From contig CAYGYG010000001.1 of assembly GCA_964354155.1 (NCBI GenBank), positions 11,121 through 75,120 of the forward strand: 64,000 nucleotides of DNA. Direction: 5' to 3'. Shown here in pieces: positions 60,431 to 64,000 of this stretch. This stretch comes from an uncultured bacterium. GTDB lineage: Bacteria > Hydrothermota > Tepidihabitantia > SM23-42 > CAYGYG01. The position numbers were made by a program, and so were the translations under genes. The stretch's first letter is position 1; every line of letters begins with the position of its first letter. Under the pieces are notes generated by a model. It saw only the letters and a list, made by a program, of their open reading frames with translations, was not told the DNA's origin and did no database searches.

Positions 60431-62245
60431 TTACTTCAGGATGTCTTTATAGCCGTCAAGGACCAGCTTGTAGTAACGCAGCGCTTGGTCTTCGTCGCCC
60501 ATCTCGCGATAGAGATCCCCGAGTTCTTCGTAGAGACTGATGACCAGGTTGAGATCAACCTCTTTACCCTGGTCGGTCTTGCTCCTAACCAATTCCATCG
60601 CCTGGTTGAGATACTCGACCGCATTCGGCCACCCGTTGCGCTGCCGGACCGCCCGGGCGCAGTTCTGGAGGGCGGGCACGGCCTTATCGATTTCTTCAGC
60701 CTGGAGAAGATGGAAGGCGATATGCTCTTCATAACCGGTGAGCTTTTGGAAAAACTGAGCCAGCTTGTTGTGGGCCGACTTCTTGTTCTCGACCATTTCA
60801 TAGAACCGGCGATGAATAACGGCGTGACTAAAGCGGTAGTGGCCGTATTTCCGCTCGAGGAAACCCAGCTCAACGGCTTTTTCGAGAGTCGGAAAGAACT
60901 CTTTGCCCCCGCTGAGCGCGCTGACAAGCTCAACGTTGATTTCCATGCCCAAAAGGCACGCCTGCTGGAGCGTGTCCTGTTCGGGCGCATCAAGCAGGGC
61001 GATGCGGCGGTCAATGATCCAGGCAAGGTCGCTGAAGGGCAGAGGTCCCGCGGGCGGGACGGCCTCATCGGCAAAGACCTTGTAGAGAGAAGTGGCGTTG
61101 GTCTCCTCATAGAGGCGCAGGTACTGATAGAGATGCAGCGGTGTGGTCGATGATACGTTTATCTCTTCGGCGATGAACTGGCGGAACAGGAAGTCCTCTT
61201 CCTCACGCTTCAAGGGCAAGACTTCGAGGGCGTGGCCGTCGTCCTTAATCCGGGGACGAAACTCGGAAGTGACAACAAAGAGAATCTTCTCGTCGTGAAT
61301 GTTGCCGACAAGGGCGCGAAAGAGATTCATCGAGGCCGTATCAATGTGGTCGATGTCCTCGATGACCACGATCAGCCCCTTGTCCCACGACTCGCGAATC
61401 AGCAGATCCCGAATCGTGGTGTTGAACATGCCTTCTTTCATCTTCATGCTCAGCTTCGAAACGATGCCGTCGGCTTCGCCCACGCCGAAGACCTCGGCCA
61501 GGATGTAAAATCCGGTTGCGATATCGCTGACGTCGAGCGCCTTGATCTTCTGCTCGATTTTCTTGTGGACCGCCTCGGCATTGTCGCCGGCTTCGATCTG
61601 GAGCATGCGGCAGAGGATTTCCAGGAAAGGTCCGAACGTGAGATGGGGAATGAAGTTGTAGCAATTGCCGGTTATGAAACGAACCTGGGGATACCGGTCC
61701 CGAAACTGATTGAGCAGATTGGTCTTGCCGATGCCTTCCGGTCCGAAGATTTCAACCAGGTTTGTTTTACCGGCCAGGACATTCGACATTATCGCGTCGA
61801 GCTGTCTCAGTTCGGTCTCGCGGGGGATAACGGGAAAACGATTCTTGGGTTTGAGCTCGTAGTCCTTTTTCAGCGTGTCGATCGAATAGACCAGGAGCTG
61901 TGTCTTCATGCCGTCCATCGACAGCATCCCCATGCTGGTGATTTCGATCCAGTCCATCAGGGGCGGGATGATCTCTTCGGCAAGCAGGATTTCTCCCGGC
62001 TGGGCAATCTTGGCGAAGCCTTTGGACAGCCCGGCGAACTGCGAAATGCCGCCACTCGATTTTTCGAAGTTCTTGGTCAGACTGTGCAGGACCTTGGCCG
62101 CGGCGTTGACGTCGTCGAACGAGAACGTGATGATTTCGCTTTCCGTTTCGAATACCGTACCCCCGTACGAACGGACGAAGTCGAGCATCCGGTTGAACCC
62201 CGTCAAGGAACGGTCCCTCAGCATGACCGAGACGAAACAATCCAT
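60431..62245 (-). CDS. STAND-type P-loop ATPase with C-terminal TPR repeats and an N-terminal ~170-aa domain (possibly nucleotide-cyclase-like)
   Basis: Walker A GPEGIGKTNLL, Walker B LIVVIEDID and C-terminal TPR (ISLYEELGDLYREMGDEDQALRYYK). The start is reassigned to the ATG at 62245, just downstream of the cdd stop. The ORF-track start would overlap cdd by 133 nt. Confidence 0.55.
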   Translation of the reverse strand: MDCFVSVMLRDRSLTGFNRMLDFVRSYGGTVFETESEIITFSFDDVNAAAKVLHSLTKNFEKSSGGISQFAGLSKGFAKIAQPGEILLAEEIIPPLMDWIEITSMGMLSMDGMKTQLLVYSIDTLKKDYELKPKNRFPVIPRETELRQLDAIMSNVLAGKTNLVEIFGPEGIGKTNLLNQFRDRYPQVRFITGNCYNFIPHLTFGPFLEILCRMLQIEAGDNAEAVHKKIEQKIKALDVSDIATGFYILAEVFGVGEADGIVSKLSMKMKEGMFNTTIRDLLIRESWDKGLIVVIEDIDHIDTASMNLFRALVGNIHDEKILFVVTSEFRPRIKDDGHALEVLPLKREEEDFLFRQFIAEEINVSSTTPLHLYQYLRLYEETNATSLYKVFADEAVPPAGPLPFSDLAWIIDRRIALLDAPEQDTLQQACLLGMEINVELVSALSGGKEFFPTLEKAVELGFLERKYGHYRFSHAVIHRRFYEMVENKKSAHNKLAQFFQKLTGYEEHIAFHLLQAEEIDKAVPALQNCARAVRQRNGWPNAVEYLNQAMELVRSKTDQGKEVDLNLVISLYEELGDLYREMGDEDQALRYYKLVLDGYKDILK

Positions 62246-62247
62246 TT

Positions 62248-62661
62248 TCACCGGTGCCTTGGCTGCAACCGGAACGGCTGTGGGAGAAGCGCCGCCAGCG
62301 GGTACATTTTGAACTGATCCTGGGGCCCCAGGGTGAAGATCACGGTTTCGGGTGAGAACTCGCCGATGACTTGAAGACATGCGCCGCAGGGCATGATGAA
62401 ATCGACCTCCTTCGAATAGAGAACCAGGGCGCGAAATCTGGTGTTGCCTTCAGCCACCGCCCGGTAAACGGCTACGCGCTCAGCGCACATTGTCAATCCG
62501 TAGGAGGAATTCTCGATATTGGCCCCGGTATATATTTTGCCCCCCCTGGCGTAGAGTGCCGCCCCGACTGATATTTTCGAATAGGGCGCGTAGGCGAAGC
62601 GCACCGCACTCTTAGCCTTTTCAATTAACTTTAGATATTTCCTGGAGGAAGCTTTTTCCAT
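62248..62661 (-). CDS. cdd: Cytidine deaminase
   Basis: Zinc-binding CAERVA and PCGACLQ motifs and an AYAPYS N-terminal region. 137 aa. Confidence 0.85.
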   Translation of the reverse strand: MEKASSRKYLKLIEKAKSAVRFAYAPYSKISVGAALYARGGKIYTGANIENSSYGLTMCAERVAVYRAVAEGNTRFRALVLYSKEVDFIMPCGACLQVIGEFSPETVIFTLGPQDQFKMYPLAALLPQPFRLQPRHR

Positions 62662-63799
62662 TTTTTAGTCCGGGAATGTCCAAATACGCGGCGGCGGTTC
62701 GGGCAAGATCGGCAAACGATTGCCGTAGACCGAGATTGACGCCGGCCTTGAACTTCCTACCGAAGGTGAGCAAGGGTACGTATTCCCGCGAGTGGTCGGT
62801 CGACGGGGTGGTCGGATCGCAACCGTGGTCCGCGGTAATAAACACCAGATCGTCTTCGGCGAACTTGTCGATGAGCCGGCCCATCCGGTCATCGAAGTCG
62901 ATGAGCCCTTGATAGAACGCGGCAATATCATTACGGTGTCCCCAATCCATGTCAAATTGAACCAGGTTCGCGATGATGATGCCCGGCGGCGCACTGTCAA
63001 CCGCCCGCGCCAGCTCGTTCATGCATTCGGCGTTGACTACACCGTGGATCGAACGCGTATACCCGCGGTGGCTGAAAAGATCATCGACCTTGCCGATCGC
63101 CAGCACTTCATATCCGCGGGCCAAGGCCAAGTCGAGCAGCGTGGATTCGGGCGGCGGGATCGAGTAGTCCTTGCGCTCGGGCGTGCGTTGGAACGATCCG
63201 GGCCGTCCGATGAAAGGCCGTGCAATCACCCGGCCGACATTGTATTCATCATCGAGCAAGGCGCGTACGATTGTGCACCAGCGGTACAGCTCGCCCAAAG
63301 AGACGACCTCTTTGTGGGCGGCGACCTGGAAGACGCTGTCGGCCGAGGTATAGACGATCGGGTATCCCGTCTTCATGTGCTCAGCACCAAGACGTTCGAT
63401 TATTTCAGTGCCCGATGCCGCGACATTTCCGAGTGTCTTGCGGCCGATCTTTCTTTCGACGTCCTTGATCAATTCTGACGGGAAACCGTCGGGGAAGGTG
63501 GCAAACGGCCGTTCGAGGATCACACCGCAAAGTTCCCAGTGCCCGCTGGTCGAGTCTTTGCCGGGTGAAAGCTCGGCCATCCGCCCGAAAGAAGCGTCGG
63601 CATCTTGACAGGGTCTCACCCCGGGGATGTCGGCAATTTTACCCAGGCCGAGGCGTTCCATGGTGGGTAGTCTCAGCCCACCCAGGGCACGGGCGAGGTT
63701 GCCCAGCGTGTCACTGCCTTCATCGTGATACTGGGGTGCATCAGGCAGTGCGCCGACCCCAACGCCGTCAAGAATGATGATAATGACCCGTTTCCCCAT
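62621..63799 (-). CDS. deoB: Phosphopentomutase
   Basis: MGKRVIIIILDGVGVGALPDA...DTLGNLA N-terminus and metal-binding motifs of the DeoB family. The start is reassigned to the ATG at 63799. Confidence 0.9.
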   Translation of the reverse strand: MGKRVIIIILDGVGVGALPDAPQYHDEGSDTLGNLARALGGLRLPTMERLGLGKIADIPGVRPCQDADASFGRMAELSPGKDSTSGHWELCGVILERPFATFPDGFPSELIKDVERKIGRKTLGNVAASGTEIIERLGAEHMKTGYPIVYTSADSVFQVAAHKEVVSLGELYRWCTIVRALLDDEYNVGRVIARPFIGRPGSFQRTPERKDYSIPPPESTLLDLALARGYEVLAIGKVDDLFSHRGYTRSIHGVVNAECMNELARAVDSAPPGIIIANLVQFDMDWGHRNDIAAFYQGLIDFDDRMGRLIDKFAEDDLVFITADHGCDPTTPSTDHSREYVPLLTFGRKFKAGVNLGLRQSFADLARTAAAYLDIPGLKNGKSFLQEISKVN

Positions 63800-64000
63800 G
63801 TTATCAATACTAATCAAAAACGCATTGCAGTAAAGAGAAATCTTGGAATCCTTGGAGATATACGCCGAGGCGGCGTCGATTACCCCTCGAAATACTCGGG
63901 GCGCACACGACAGCGCAGTGATAGATGACTGAGCTCCCTCGCCCGCCATGACGAGCGGTGGGCTCGGGACGCACACGGCAGCGGATTACGGTGATAGGGC

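Noticed and set aside
62246-62380. Extended N-terminus of the STAND ATPase overlapping cdd
   Set aside because: It would overlap cdd by 133 nt. The ATG at 62245, directly after the cdd stop, gives a plausible MDCFVSV start.

Overview
This is a GC-rich (~60%) bacterial chromosomal window that uses AAGGAGG ribosome-binding sites and many near-consensus TTGACA-N16/17-TAGAAT promoters, several of them leaderless. Three secreted proteins end in type IX secretion (T9SS) C-terminal sorting domains (an M23-like peptidase, an S8 subtilase and a beta-helix protein). Together with the hpf-hprK-rapZ-EIIA regulatory cluster and an H+-pyrophosphatase, this points, by inference only, to an FCB-group organism (Bacteroidota or a related candidate phylum).

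Most of the window is housekeeping: recG; accB/accC/accA with pilT inserted between accB and accC; thiE; tRNA-Glu; ndk; fadD-like; carAB; lptD; rho; rpmE; prfB with its programmed +1 frameshift; birA; cobO; nadE; cdd-deoB; and an iron/B12-type ABC transporter.

The standout feature is an apparently undescribed peptide/protein-maturation cluster at roughly 37.9-42.4 kb. A 504-aa membrane protein with a proposed DUF2207-like topology ends in about ten tandem 4-residue Ala-Cys-His-Ser repeats (11 Cys, 9 His). It is followed directly by a radical SAM/SPASM enzyme that carries an N-terminal PqqD-like RiPP recognition element, and then by a translationally coupled membrane protein. The repeat codons vary synonymously while the amino acids are conserved, which argues for selection on the peptide rather than a recent DNA expansion.

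Other observations:
- a structured G-rich intergenic element bracketed by 18-bp direct repeats (25182-25409);
- AT-rich palindromes in a 430-bp convergent intergenic region;
- recurring AT-rich motifs upstream of several genes;
- a giant GreA-domain protein;
- a standalone LarA-like gene;
- a cNMP-binding gene overlapping tRNA-Glu;
- a thiE with an N-terminal extension coupled to a tiny membrane protein.
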